Shown piece after piece: positions 18,615 to 28,897 of a stretch of DNA of 64,000 nucleotides (position 1 is its first letter; each line of letters begins with the position of its first letter). Origin of the DNA: an uncultured bacterium (lineage in GTDB: Bacteria; Patescibacteriota; Saccharimonadia; UBA4664). The DNA lies in the NCBI GenBank assembly GCA_963720265.1, contig CAVRET010000002.1, positions 392,704 through 456,703 on the forward strand, read 5' to 3'. Under the pieces are notes generated by a model. That model did no database searches, was not told the DNA's origin, and worked only from the letters and a program-made list of their open reading frames with translations. The translations under genes were made by a program, and so were the position numbers.

Positions 18615-18621
18615 AGAATTA
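18576..18621 (+). repeat. att junction E (attR-like right island boundary)
   Basis: GGCTTCTGCGTTCTGATAGCTCTCACGCAGGA-CCACCA-AAGAATTA. Confidence 0.8.
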
Positions 18622-19038
18622 TCAGTGTTCCTCACCCAGCGGCTCATCCAAAATCCGCGCCAGCATCTTGGCCACCCGGTCGTTTGAATCTTGCAACGAG
18701 CGGTTTTTGGCTAGCAGTTTGCGCTCAGCCTGTCGCAGCCGGTGGATCACCCAGGTCATCACCAGGCCATCAATCAGATAGATGAGAATCTGCAATATCC
18801 CGGCCCAATGCACGTCCGGGTAATATTCCGGGTGGATAAAGATGTAATCGATCAGCCCCGCCGACAGCACGAGCGACAAAATGGCCGGTCCCGTGCCCAG
18901 AAACGCCGCTGACAGAATAATCGCCAAATAGTACAACAGCAGTGGCGTGTGAATGCTCAGCGCCGGCACGTAATATTTCACCATCGTAATGGCTGATACG
19001 AGCAGGAACGATAAGACATACGCAGCCACTTTTCGCAT
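18622..19038 (-). CDS. DUF4118 (KdpD TM-like) membrane protein
   Basis: LLYYLAIILSAAFLGTGPAILS..DYIFIHP pattern plus coiled tail. Confidence 0.75.
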   Translation of the reverse strand: MRKVAAYVLSFLLVSAITMVKYYVPALSIHTPLLLYYLAIILSAAFLGTGPAILSLVLSAGLIDYIFIHPEYYPDVHWAGILQILIYLIDGLVMTWVIHRLRQAERKLLAKNRSLQDSNDRVAKMLARILDEPLGEEH

Positions 19039-19099
19039 ATGCTGTCATCGTCTGCTTCCAATCTGATATGCGGCTGAAACCGGGCCGTTCTCCCGGCTA

Positions 19100-19948
19100 T
19101 TAGCGCCGGCAGGAATAATCGCTGTCGATCGCGGCATTCGTTGCCGCATATTGCGCCAGCGAGTTATAGCCGCCGGCAGTAAACGGTGAAGAGCTGGTAC
19201 AAGCCTTTTGTGCCTGCGCCAAGCTGGTCGCTCCCGCCACCCAGTTCGGCAGGTTATTCAGCATTCCCAGGTTCGGATACCGGCCGGCGCCGTCGTACTT
19301 GCCCACGATTTGATTCCACTGGTTGCTTGCCGAGTACAGGCCAACCGCACCGCCGGCTGCCCGCAGTGTTGCCACCATGCCTTCAAGGTCGGCCGCGTTG
19401 GCCGCCTGATTGCTGCTCCAAGAATTCTCGGTCTCAACATCAAGCCACCAAAGCGATCCCGGCATCCGCAAGCCCGCTTGCTTGGCCCAACTAAGGTCCT
19501 GGGTTGCCCGTTGCACGCCATACACATAAGCGCAGGCCGCGGTATCAGTCCCACTGCAGGTGCCATACAACGGGCTCGTGCCACTCGCGGGCCAATCCGG
19601 CACTGTAGGGGTCACATCACCAGGGTTGCCAGTATTTGCGTATACGGCCGTTGCCGGCTGACCGGCACCGCCCAAGGCCGATTGCGCCCAGGTCAGCTGG
19701 GTTGCCAGACAGGAGTTCTCGTTGTTGGCAATGCCGCCGTTCACGCCGACCACGGCAAACGGCACAACCGTGGGCAACGTTGCGCCACACTCTGGATAGC
19801 TCACATCATAGCCGGTCACAGTACTGCCGAAAGAGCGGCCGGTCACCACCCCCAAGCCACCGCCGCCGATCGAGACGCTGGTTGCGGCCAACACTGGACT
19901 ACTAAATATTCCTACCGCCGCCAGCGCCAAAAATAGTTGTCGTTTCAA
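19100..19948 (-). CDS. Secreted glycoside hydrolase-like protein (GH25/DUF1906-like TIM barrel)
   Basis: Signal peptide; GYDVSYPEC, WWLDVE, VGLYS motifs. Confidence 0.65.
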   Translation of the reverse strand: MKRQLFLALAAVGIFSSPVLAATSVSIGGGGLGVVTGRSFGSTVTGYDVSYPECGATLPTVVPFAVVGVNGGIANNENSCLATQLTWAQSALGGAGQPATAVYANTGNPGDVTPTVPDWPASGTSPLYGTCSGTDTAACAYVYGVQRATQDLSWAKQAGLRMPGSLWWLDVETENSWSSNQAANAADLEGMVATLRAAGGAVGLYSASNQWNQIVGKYDGAGRYPNLGMLNNLPNWVAGATSLAQAQKACTSSSPFTAGGYNSLAQYAATNAAIDSDYSCRR

Positions 19949-19978
19949 GATAGAAGCCCCTCTTACTGGGTCATTCTA

Positions 19979-20773
19979 TCATAAGAAAAACGTCGTCAGC
20001 ACTGGCGCAATCGCTTCAGGGGCAACATTATGTGCTTGGCCCCGCAGCGTCTTACGCTCGGCCTGCGGGATCGCTTTTGCCAGCGCATCAGCGGAAGCCG
20101 CCATAAACGGCATAAATTGCGCGCTTGCCTCGCCGTCGATGAGAAACACCGGCATCCGCAAGCTAGCCGCCCGCGCCACCGGCACAGTCCGGTCTTTGCC
20201 AAGTACCGCCGCGTCATACGCCAGCGTCGGCGCCACCGCTTCCATCATCGGCCACATCGGCGAATTCTGCATGCCAACGAGCATCTCGTTTGGCACCCCC
20301 ACAAATTGCATAAACAACGTCGCGGCCTCTTTCCGGTTGCCGGCTCCCAGCGTTTCGTCCAAACGCTTTGTGTACTCATGCCAGGCCCTAATGCCGTTCT
20401 CGCTGTCGTCATAGGGCACCTCATAAATCGCCAGCCGCCTCACCTGCTTTCCCAGCTTAATAGCGGCCTCCAGCGCCAGTGCGCCACCTGATGAAAAGCC
20501 GACCAGCGCCGCCCCGCCCCCGGCGTCACCAATGAGCGCTGCAATGTCCTCCACCTCGCGCGCTACCGCAAACGGCTGAGTGTCAGTGCTGTCGCCCCGC
20601 CCCCGTCGGTCATAGGTGTAAACGGTAAACTTCGGGGCCAGCAGCTCGGCCAATTTAGTTGAGAAACCGGTAGCCCGCCTGCCGGTAGCGCCGTCCACAA
20701 TGACCACCGCCGGACCCGCGCCCGCCTTGTCAAACACAATCTTTGTCCCATCGTTAGAAGCTACGGTTTGCAT
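19979..20773 (-). CDS. Alpha/beta hydrolase
   Basis: YDRRGRGDS, GFSSGG nucleophile elbow, GQAH. Confidence 0.9.
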   Translation of the reverse strand: MQTVASNDGTKIVFDKAGAGPAVVIVDGATGRRATGFSTKLAELLAPKFTVYTYDRRGRGDSTDTQPFAVAREVEDIAALIGDAGGGAALVGFSSGGALALEAAIKLGKQVRRLAIYEVPYDDSENGIRAWHEYTKRLDETLGAGNRKEAATLFMQFVGVPNEMLVGMQNSPMWPMMEAVAPTLAYDAAVLGKDRTVPVARAASLRMPVFLIDGEASAQFMPFMAASADALAKAIPQAERKTLRGQAHNVAPEAIAPVLTTFFL

Positions 20774-20792
20774 ATTGGCCCTCCTTATCGCC

Positions 20793-21273
20793 TTACTTCC
20801 CCGCCAGCAAGGCCGCAAACTTTTCAAGACTTTGCGTCCAACCCGCTGCCATACCGTCCAACATCTGTGCAGCTTGCGGCACCATGCCCTTGGCCGTAGT
20901 GTGCAATGTCAATTTGGTCTTCCCATGATCATCCTCAAGGGTCACGGTTGTCAGGCCGTCGATCAACATCTTACCCTCCAAATCTACTGCCTGGTTTTTG
21001 AAAGCAAGCTTATTCGGCGGATCAAATTCAGTAAATTCGCCCTCCATTGGCCAGCGCTGCCCGGCGAGCTCGCCCAATTCCGGGCCGGCCAGCATCACCA
21101 CGCGAATTTTGCCGCCGACGCGCGCCCCTACTTCGCACTCCGGATTGGTCACGCCTTGAGGCCCCCACCAGCTTGGCCAGCATTTCAGGATCGGTCCAGG
21201 CCTGAAATACCAGCTCGCGCGGCGCGTCAAATACCCGCGTTAATGTTAACTCTCTATGTAGTTGGTCTGTCAT
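20793..21273 (-). pseudogene. SRPBCC/AHSA1 protein split by a one-base frameshift near 21171
   Basis: LTRVFDAPRELVFQAWTDPEMLAK continues as WWGPQG..GWTQSLEK in another frame. Confidence 0.8.
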
Positions 21274-21625
21274 TGCTCTGTCCTTTCGTATCAATTACTC
21301 GTTGTTCTTGTTGCAGAAGTTCATCAAGCGCATCCAGCCGGGTCTGCCACAACTGCTCGTACTGCTTAAGGTATGCCTCGGCCGCAGCCAATGCCCGAGG
21401 GGAAAGTTGTACGATTTGCTCCTTGCCCCGACGGTGTTTAACCACCAACCTGGCCGCCTCCAGCACCTTAAGATGCTTTGACACGGCTGCAAACGTCAGC
21501 TCATACGGCCGCGCGACCTCGCCCACACTCATCTCTCCGCCAAACAACCGCTGCAAAATATCGCGGCGGGTCGGGTCGGCCAGTGAGCTGAATACAGTGT
21601 CAAGTTGTAACGAATATTCAACCAT
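21254..21625 (-). CDS. ArsR/SmtB family regulator
   Basis: FSSLADPTRRDIL..AVSKHLKVLE. Confidence 0.92.
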   Translation of the reverse strand: MVEYSLQLDTVFSSLADPTRRDILQRLFGGEMSVGEVARPYELTFAAVSKHLKVLEAARLVVKHRRGKEQIVQLSPRALAAAEAYLKQYEQLWQTRLDALDELLQQEQRVIDTKGQSNDRPTT

Positions 21626-21662
21626 ATGGTTGAATGATAGTCGTCATACATCCCCATGTCAA
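21616..21662 (-). promoter_or_regulatory. Sigma70 promoter plus perfect 20-bp operator palindrome over the ArsR start
   Basis: TTGACA-17-TATCAT; ATTCAACCATATGGTTGAAT at 21616-21635. Confidence 0.8.
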
Positions 21663-21765
21663 CAAACGGGTCATGTATTCAAACAAGACTCTGCTATAAT
21701 GTACCGACTTCATATATACTAGATAGGTATTTGAGGGGGATCCTCGCAAGTGAAAGTAGGTCACA

Positions 21766-23730
21766 ATGAATCTTAAACGTTCCAGCTCCCGCAGCTTTTT
21801 GTTCCTGGTGGGGGCCATCTTAATCGCCGCCGTTCTGCTCGTGCTCACGCTGCCGCAGCCGAAAGTTCAAAACGTATCACTATCCAAGCTCATCGAAGAG
21901 ACTAATGGGGGTCAAATTGCGAGCATTCAAGTTGATGGCAGCAAGCTCACGGCCACACCTAAAGACTCTAACGAGCCCAAGCAAGTTACATACAAGGACA
22001 GCGCCAACGACAACCTGCACGATTACGGCATTGACTACTCCAAAGTTACCGTCACCACGACCAATCCGGATAGTGGCAACAGCATCTGGATTATCCTAGC
22101 CGAGACTCTGATTCCGTCGCTGCTCATCATTGGGTTCTTCTATATCATGATGCGCCAGGCTCAGGGGCAGGGGAATCAGGCCATGAACTTTGGCAAATCG
22201 CGCGCGCGGCTTTACAACGCCGACCGCAAAAAAGTTAGCTTCAAGGATGTGGCCGGTTCCGATGAGGCCAAGCAGGAACTGTCCGAAATCGTTGAGTTCT
22301 TGAAATATCCGTCCAAATTTGAGGCGCTCGGGGCAAAGATTCCCAAAGGGGTGCTGCTGTTTGGGCCGCCAGGAACGGGCAAAACTCTGCTCGCACGGGC
22401 TGTGGCCGGGGAGGCCGGAGTGCCGTTCTTTAGCATCGCCGGCTCGGATTTCGTGGAGATGTTTGTGGGTGTCGGCGCCAGCCGCGTACGCGACCTCTTT
22501 ATGAAAGCCAAAAAGAATTCACCGTGCATCATCTTCATTGATGAAATCGATGCCGTCGGCCGGCAACGTGGCACCGGCATGGGCGGCGGCCACGACGAGC
22601 GCGAGCAGACCCTAAACCAGATCCTGGTCGAAATGGACGGCTTTGAGCAAGGCACCAATGTCATCGTCATGGCTGCCACCAACCGCCCCGACGTGCTCGA
22701 CCCGGCACTCTTGCGCCCCGGCCGCTTCGACCGTCGTGTCACGCTCGATGCGCCGGATCTCAAGTCTCGCCTTGCCATTCTTGAGGTTCACGCCCAGGGC
22801 AAGCCGCTCGACAAAACTGCCGACCTTGACGAAATCGCCAAGAAAACCCCTGGCTTCTCCGGCGCCGACCTCGAAAACCTTCTCAACGAGGCCGCTATTT
22901 TGGCGGCTCGCCAGGACGAGAAGAAGATCACCCGGTTGGACCTCAATTCGAGCGTTGAAAAAGTCCTTATGGGCCCGGAGCGCAAGACTCATGTCATGAA
23001 TCCGCAGGAAAAGGAAATCACTGCCTTCCATGAGGCCGGCCATGCCATTGTGGCGCACATGCTGCCCAACGCCCATCCCGTCAACAAAGTATCGATTGTC
23101 TCGCGCGGGCGTGCCGGCGGCTTTACCTGGCAGCTGCCTGAAGAAGACCGTCATCTTAACACCGTGGCCGAGTACAAAGATGATTTGGCCGTCATGCTCG
23201 GCGGTCGCATGGCTGAGAAAATCATCTTCGGCGACATTACCAACGGCGCCAGCAATGACCTGCAGAAGGCCACCCAGCTCGCCCGCCACATGATCATGGA
23301 CAACGGCATGAGCCCCAAGCTTCCAAACCGAGTCTTCGGCACCGGCGATACGGCCATCTTCCTGGGTCGCGAACTCGGCGAGCAGCGCAACTACTCAGAA
23401 GAAATCGCCGGCATCATTGATGAAGAGGTTGCCGCCTACATTGATGAGGCCGCCAAGCGCGCAGCTGAGGTCATTCACCATCACCGTGCCGAGGTGGACA
23501 AAATTGCTGCCAAACTCATGAAAGATGAGGTTATCGACCGCGACGAATTCGGCGACCTCGTCGGTCCACGTCCGCATAGCAAGCCTGCCCATTCACATCT
23601 GCACATTCCGGAAACTCACCCAGAACCGGCTCACGGCGCCGAGTCTCAGGGTCAAACTGCGCCCAACGCCCATGACCACGACGGCAAAGATGCCGCTGCC
23701 GGTATTCATGGCCGACCCGCCGCCGCCTAA
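21766..23730 (+). CDS. ftsH: ATP-dependent zinc metalloprotease FtsH
   Basis: Two TM helices, [23 protein letters not shown]. Confidence 0.98.
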   Translation: MNLKRSSSRSFLFLVGAILIAAVLLVLTLPQPKVQNVSLSKLIEETNGGQIASIQVDGSKLTATPKDSNEPKQVTYKDSANDNLHDYGIDYSKVTVTTTNPDSGNSIWIILAETLIPSLLIIGFFYIMMRQAQGQGNQAMNFGKSRARLYNADRKKVSFKDVAGSDEAKQELSEIVEFLKYPSKFEALGAKIPKGVLLFGPPGTGKTLLARAVAGEAGVPFFSIAGSDFVEMFVGVGASRVRDLFMKAKKNSPCIIFIDEIDAVGRQRGTGMGGGHDEREQTLNQILVEMDGFEQGTNVIVMAATNRPDVLDPALLRPGRFDRRVTLDAPDLKSRLAILEVHAQGKPLDKTADLDEIAKKTPGFSGADLENLLNEAAILAARQDEKKITRLDLNSSVEKVLMGPERKTHVMNPQEKEITAFHEAGHAIVAHMLPNAHPVNKVSIVSRGRAGGFTWQLPEEDRHLNTVAEYKDDLAVMLGGRMAEKIIFGDITNGASNDLQKATQLARHMIMDNGMSPKLPNRVFGTGDTAIFLGRELGEQRNYSEEIAGIIDEEVAAYIDEAAKRAAEVIHHHRAEVDKIAAKLMKDEVIDRDEFGDLVGPRPHSKPAHSHLHIPETHPEPAHGAESQGQTAPNAHDHDGKDAAAGIHGRPAAA

Positions 23731-23750
23731 CACATCATAAAAACCAAGAC

Positions 23751-23790
23751 TGGCCCTGGAGTGTAAGCACTGCTTTACACTCCAGGGCCA
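23751..23790. terminator. 16-bp perfect stem hairpin
   Basis: TGGCCCTGGAGTGTAA / TTACACTCCAGGGCCA. Confidence 0.75.
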
Positions 23791-23842
23791 TTGTCGTCGA
23801 TCGTCCGGCCGCCCTGCGCAGCCGGCTTTGCGGGGCGACTCG

Positions 23843-24475
23843 TCAGTCGCGCGAGTTGCGGGCGATCTGGCGCAGGAGCGCATCGAGCGCCGACACCTCG
23901 CCCGCGATGGCGTGCAGCTCGCCACTCACCCTAGTTGTCATCGCGCCGTGCACCTCGGACAGGTTCGCGGGGTGATAGGCCAGCGTGGTAACGGCCCGTG
24001 CCGCGCACTCCAGGAGCCAGAACCACTGCCTACTCCGCGCGTCCTGTTCGAGAGCCCTTGCGCTGAGGCACAGAGCCGCGAAAGTGGCCGAAAAGCACCG
24101 CGCCACGCCTCTATATGCGCCGTCAAGAGGCTCGGTAACCTGCAGGGAAACCAGGTTGTCGAGAACCATCAGCTGCCGCTCGGAACGCCCAGCACCCACC
24201 GGCTCTGGATACTGAAACCCCGTCGTCGGCAAACACTGCTTAATTGTCGCGGCGAGACGCGCATAGTACTGCAGGCTGGCCGGTGCCGCCGCGGTGAGCC
24301 GCAACATGCTGCCGAGGGTGTCGACGACGCCGGTAAGCGGCAAGCGCTCGGTCGCACTGGCGACCTGAAAGTTGGCGCCGCTGCCACCAAGCGTGATGAC
24401 GTACGGCATGTCGAGACCTTCCACACCGCCATGGCATGCCACCGAGTCGCCGGCTAGCATGTCCGAGAGAATCAT
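23843..24475 (-). CDS. Hypothetical protein (ORFan)
   Basis: 210-aa ORF with SD AGAGGAG; converges on the ftsH hairpin. Confidence 0.6.
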   Translation of the reverse strand: MILSDMLAGDSVACHGGVEGLDMPYVITLGGSGANFQVASATERLPLTGVVDTLGSMLRLTAAAPASLQYYARLAATIKQCLPTTGFQYPEPVGAGRSERQLMVLDNLVSLQVTEPLDGAYRGVARCFSATFAALCLSARALEQDARSRQWFWLLECAARAVTTLAYHPANLSEVHGAMTTRVSGELHAIAGEVSALDALLRQIARNSRD

Positions 24476-24647
24476 CCAGATCTCCTCTGGTCGTGGCCGG
24501 ATTCGCCCGGCCTGTCATCGGTTGGGCTCTAAACTACACAGTAAGTATTTTTACAACAAGCTAGCAAAAAAGTCAATTACTATCACAATTACACTTGTCG
24601 GTCCGCTCGTTGAACCACCTGCCCGAAAAGCTTATGCTCGTAGCAAG

Positions 24648-25493
24648 ATGAAGACTGCCGTTCACAAACTCGCTCTGCGTACCTGGTTGGCGCTTGCCAT
24701 GTTGGGTATCGTCGGCAGCGTCGTACTCAGCCTCCTGCCGCCGCTGTTCCGGCATAGCGCCGGCAGTCAACCACCGCTCACCATCTACCTCGTCGCCGGC
24801 CTTGTTGGCCTGGTTGTGACAGCCGCGGCGCTAGCCCTGGCCGGCAAGTTTGAGCCCAGTCTCAAGCGCCGGTTGCTCTGGCTAGCCTTCGTCTACAATG
24901 CTTTCATCGTAGCCGTCAAGCTCGTCTTAGCACCCTTTGGCCTCTATGAGCTCAACCAAACCAGTGCGTTCACCGCGACTCCGTTTGACCCAAATGCTTC
25001 CATCTATTACGTCATTGCGGCAGTCGTCATCTTTTTTCTCTACGCCGGCGTGTGGGCCGCCATCTATCACGTCCACAAGCGCCGCGCGACCACCAAGCTG
25101 GCGGCCGCATCCAAAACCCCGCCAGCCAGCCCCAAACCCCGCCGGCGCTGGCATGTAATTGTGCCGCTAGCTGTCGTAGTGGCGATCGTTCTCTACCTCT
25201 CTGGCGCGCTCTGGCTACTGGCCATCGGTTTCGGCGGACTAAACTACCTCACTCTCGTGGCTTCCAGCGCCATGGCGTTGCCCATTGCGATCCTGCTGCT
25301 TGCGGCTGTGGCTCTGGCTAGCGGCGCTTTTCATGAAGCCGAGGAAACAGCCGTGAACGTAAACGACGCAGCCGTGCTCGCAAGTCTCTTCTGGCTCGGC
25401 CTCGGGCTTATTGTTCTCTACCACATCATGTGGCTCGTGTTTATGGTGTCGCTGGTCTCTACCTGGCCGTTTAATACCTACACACCAAAATAA
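24648..25493 (+). CDS. Multi-pass membrane protein
   Basis: About 7 hydrophobic helices; ATG 24648 follows TATGCT. Confidence 0.75.
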   Translation: MKTAVHKLALRTWLALAMLGIVGSVVLSLLPPLFRHSAGSQPPLTIYLVAGLVGLVVTAAALALAGKFEPSLKRRLLWLAFVYNAFIVAVKLVLAPFGLYELNQTSAFTATPFDPNASIYYVIAAVVIFFLYAGVWAAIYHVHKRRATTKLAAASKTPPASPKPRRRWHVIVPLAVVVAIVLYLSGALWLLAIGFGGLNYLTLVASSAMALPIAILLLAAVALASGAFHEAEETAVNVNDAAVLASLFWLGLGLIVLYHIMWLVFMVSLVSTWPFNTYTPK

Positions 25494-25495
25494 TC

Positions 25496-26476
25496 GTGCA
25501 CCTGGTTCGTCTTTTCTGGCGCTTGTTGCGTTACCGCGTCGCGGTCATGCTGGTGCTGTTTTTGCTCGTTGGCGCGGCCGCTACCGGCAACCTCGGCCTG
25601 CATCTCTGGCAGCTCGGCCTAGCAGCCGCGGCACTTGCAAGCGGCTACGTCAGCGCCACCAGCAGCAATGACCTGGCCGATCAGGAAATCGACGCAGTCA
25701 ATCACGCTGGTCATCGCGCGCGCCCACTGATCAGCGGCGAGGCCACCCGCGCCCAGATGTGGCAGCTGTTTGGCCTCGCGAGTGCGATCGCCATTGGGCT
25801 GGCCGCTCTACTAAGTCCGCCCGCCGCCGGCATCATGGTTATATCCATTCTTGTTAATGTCGCCTATTCGCTCCCGCCCCTGAGGCTCTCGTTTCGAACC
25901 TGGCTGGCACCTCTGGTGCTCGGCGTAGGCTATGTCGGCGTGCCATTTGCGCTCGGCATCGCCGTAGTCCATGGTGAGTCAAGTGCCGCAACGCGCTGTC
26001 TTGCCGCCGCTTGCTACTGCCTGTTTGTCGGCCGTATCGTGCTCAAAGATTTTCGCGACCGCGCGGGCGACGCCAAATACGGCAAACCCACCCTGTTGCT
26101 CGCGCACGGCAAAACCACCACCTGCCTGGTAAGCGGCCTTATGGTTGTGCTCGGTCTCGTGCTGCTTGTAATTGCTCGTCCGCTCCAGCCGGTATGGCTT
26201 CTCATCGCCCCTCTCACATTGTTTGCGTTTGTGCTAATACAACTCGAACGGCTCTGGCGGGCGCAGGTAAAGCAAGAACAAATCGCCATCGGCATTGGCG
26301 CCAAGCTCGGCAACGCCGCGCTCATTATTCTGCTCGGGCTCATGATCCTAGACCGGTCCGGCGCGTCGCTGGGTTTGCGCACCACCTTTGCAGCGGCTAT
26401 GCTCGCAATCACCCTCTATGCCTACGCGCAGCTCGTTATGCAGCCCGAGTCAGCCGTTAACTCATACCGTGGCTGA
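25496..26476 (+). CDS. UbiA family prenyltransferase
   Basis: NDLADQEIDAVN..RP, AYSLPP, KDFRDRAGD. Confidence 0.9.
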   Translation: MHLVRLFWRLLRYRVAVMLVLFLLVGAAATGNLGLHLWQLGLAAAALASGYVSATSSNDLADQEIDAVNHAGHRARPLISGEATRAQMWQLFGLASAIAIGLAALLSPPAAGIMVISILVNVAYSLPPLRLSFRTWLAPLVLGVGYVGVPFALGIAVVHGESSAATRCLAAACYCLFVGRIVLKDFRDRAGDAKYGKPTLLLAHGKTTTCLVSGLMVVLGLVLLVIARPLQPVWLLIAPLTLFAFVLIQLERLWRAQVKQEQIAIGIGAKLGNAALIILLGLMILDRSGASLGLRTTFAAAMLAITLYAYAQLVMQPESAVNSYRG

Positions 26477-26545
26477 AAACTCACATACCCGCCCGTTACG
26501 CTATAATTACCCCAGCATGAACCAACCTCAAACGCCCTCCACACC

Positions 26546-28135
26546 ATGGTGAGCCAAGCTCGCGCGCTGCTCGGCCGCGCCAACCGCCGCCAAACCGTTG
26601 GCAATGCGGCGGTAATTATATCAACCGCATATTTACTCTCACGCCTGCTTGGTTTTCTGCGCGATCGCTTGCTGGTGGCACACTTCGGCATTGGCCCGCA
26701 GACCTCGGCTTACTACGCCGCTTTCCGTCTGCCCGACCTGCTCTTCGCGTTGCTTGTCTCCGGTGCCTTTGCTGTCTCGTTCATCCCGGTCTTCACCAGT
26801 TATCTCCAAAAAGATGAACAGGACGTGGCTTGGCGAGTTACCACAAGCCTGCTCAACCTGCTTGTGGTGGGCACTATCCTCGGTGCCGTACTCATCATCA
26901 TATTTGCCGGCCCACTCACCACCCTCCTCACGCCCGGCTTCAATCCAGCCACCCATAATTTTGCCGTCCACCTGATCCGTATTATGGCCGTCACTCCGGT
27001 CTTTTTTGCCATTTCCAGTGTGCTGGGCAGCATTCAGCAGGCGTTCAACCGTTTCGTCATTTTCTCGTTGTCGGGTATTCTCTACAATCTGGGCATCATC
27101 TTTGGCATCGTCTTCTTTGCGCCCCACCTCGGCATTTACGGTGTGGCTTGGGGAGTTGTGCTCGGCGTCGTGCTCCAAAGTCTATTGCAATGGCTCGGCC
27201 TCGTGGGCCTTGGCTTTCGCTATCGCCCCGTTATTAACCTGCGCTTGGCCGGCGTCCGCCGCATTCTGGTCCTCATGGTGCCGCGCAGTATCGACCAAGG
27301 CATTGACCAAATCAACTACTCGGTCGAGACCATCATCGGCTCCACTATTAGTTCGAGCGCCATCGCTCAATTTTCACTGGCCAACAATCTGCGCAACGTC
27401 CCGCTCGTACTCATTGGTAGCTCCATCACTACCGCCGTGTTTCCGCGCCTGGCCTCTCGTGCCGCTGCCGGCGCCCGCGAATCGCTCATCGAAGGCTATG
27501 TTACAACTGCACGCATGCTATTGTTCTTGGCAATTCCCTCGGCTCTGTTTTGCATCGTGGCCCGGGGTTACATCGTGCGGCTGCTTTACGGCTTTGGTGA
27601 TCCTGCTACAGCCAATACCTTGGGCTGGTTCGCCGGTACGATCGTGTTCACAAGCTTGTTCATGCTCGTGTCCCGCATCTTTTTCGCCATGCAAGACACC
27701 AAAACACCGCTCTACACGAGTTTGGGCTCAATTCCGCTCAATATTTTGCTCAGCTTCGTCTTGGCCCGCATGTACGGCGTTTCGGGGCTGGCCATGGCCG
27801 CCTCGGCCTGTGCACTGCTTGAAACAGTCGTGCTGGCGGCCATTTTGCGTCTGCGCCAAGGCAGTTTCGGTGAAGCCAACATCCTTCGTGCCGCTGGCCC
27901 CATGCTGATTGCCGGCCTCATAATGGCTGGAGTGGTCTACATTATCATTAACCGCTTCCTACCGCTCTACGCCAGCGACCGCGGCTTCATAACCTTAGCA
28001 CCCAAGTTTCTCGTGATCCTAGGCACGGCTACCATCGCCTATTTTGTACCGTGCTCACTCCTGCGTCTGGCTGAAGCCAAACTGTTTATCGGCCGCCTTG
28101 CCGGCGTCATGTCAAAATCACTCAATCTCACCTAA
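26546..28135 (+). CDS. murJ: Lipid II flippase MurJ
   Basis: SRLLGFLRD, AAFRLPD, SFIPVF, FFAMQDTKTP. Confidence 0.95.
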   Translation: MVSQARALLGRANRRQTVGNAAVIISTAYLLSRLLGFLRDRLLVAHFGIGPQTSAYYAAFRLPDLLFALLVSGAFAVSFIPVFTSYLQKDEQDVAWRVTTSLLNLLVVGTILGAVLIIIFAGPLTTLLTPGFNPATHNFAVHLIRIMAVTPVFFAISSVLGSIQQAFNRFVIFSLSGILYNLGIIFGIVFFAPHLGIYGVAWGVVLGVVLQSLLQWLGLVGLGFRYRPVINLRLAGVRRILVLMVPRSIDQGIDQINYSVETIIGSTISSSAIAQFSLANNLRNVPLVLIGSSITTAVFPRLASRAAAGARESLIEGYVTTARMLLFLAIPSALFCIVARGYIVRLLYGFGDPATANTLGWFAGTIVFTSLFMLVSRIFFAMQDTKTPLYTSLGSIPLNILLSFVLARMYGVSGLAMAASACALLETVVLAAILRLRQGSFGEANILRAAGPMLIAGLIMAGVVYIIINRFLPLYASDRGFITLAPKFLVILGTATIAYFVPCSLLRLAEAKLFIGRLAGVMSKSLNLT

Positions 28136-28144
28136 TTTCCACGC

Positions 28145-28897
28145 ATGAAAGTTATCGTCAACAATATCGCCCTCAATTACACCGACGAAGGCCGCGGGCC
28201 GGCTATGGTATTTCTCCACGGTTGGGCGGACCAGCTCCATACCTTCGACCAGCTCACAGGTGCGCTCGGGGGGCACTGGCGGCTCATCAAGCTTGATCTG
28301 CCCGGCTTTGGCGGCAGCGAAGCTCCGCCCGAGACGTGGTCGCTCGACAACTATGTTGAACTTGTACAGGCCTTCGTCGATAAACTCGGAATTGAGGTGG
28401 ATACCATGGTGTGTCACTCACTCGGCGGCCGTATCGCGCTCAAGGGTGTTGGGACAGGCCGGCTTAGGCCACGCCGAATCATCCTGATCGCTTCGGCCGG
28501 TATTGCCAAATCCCGCAGCCTGCGCAACCAGGCTTACAAAGCTGTGGCCAAAATCGGCAAAGTTGTCACCGCTGTGCCGCCTCTGTCGCTCGCTCGAGGC
28601 AGGTTGCGCCGCCGCCTGTACGACCGCGCCGGCAGCGACTACCTAAACGCCGGAACCCTCCAGGCCACGTTTCTCAACCTCATCGCAGAAGACCTCCAGA
28701 CCGCGGCCGCCCATATTACGGTCCCAACCCTCCTCATTTGGGGCGCAAATGACACCGCCACCCCGCTGACCGACGGCCGCCGCTTGCACCACCTTATCCC
28801 CGGTTCCCGTCTCGAAATTATTGCCGGCGCCAGCCACTTCGTACACCAGGAACAGCCCGCTGCGGTGGCGCAGCTAATCCAGGAGTTTGCATCCTAA
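28145..28897 (+). CDS. Alpha/beta hydrolase
   Basis: FLHGW, DLPGFGGS, HSLGG, SHF. Confidence 0.9.
   Translation: MKVIVNNIALNYTDEGRGPAMVFLHGWADQLHTFDQLTGALGGHWRLIKLDLPGFGGSEAPPETWSLDNYVELVQAFVDKLGIEVDTMVCHSLGGRIALKGVGTGRLRPRRIILIASAGIAKSRSLRNQAYKAVAKIGKVVTAVPPLSLARGRLRRRLYDRAGSDYLNAGTLQATFLNLIAEDLQTAAAHITVPTLLIWGANDTATPLTDGRRLHHLIPGSRLEIIAGASHFVHQEQPAAVAQLIQEFAS

Noticed and set aside
14224-18621. Repeated ~37-bp motif as a CRISPR array
   Set aside because: Only three copies, spaced 0.44 and 3.9 kb apart with genes between; no cas genes; better explained as att arms
20700-21722. Long ORFs such as 20700-21722, 27006-27908, 30692-31432, 42524-43351 and 51760-52512
   Set aside because: Antisense or alternate-frame shadows of well-supported genes in GC-rich DNA
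26502-26552. Regulatory uORF before murJ (ATG 26517, MNQPQTPSTPW)
   Set aside because: Could equally be the true murJ start displaced by a one-base error; no independent support
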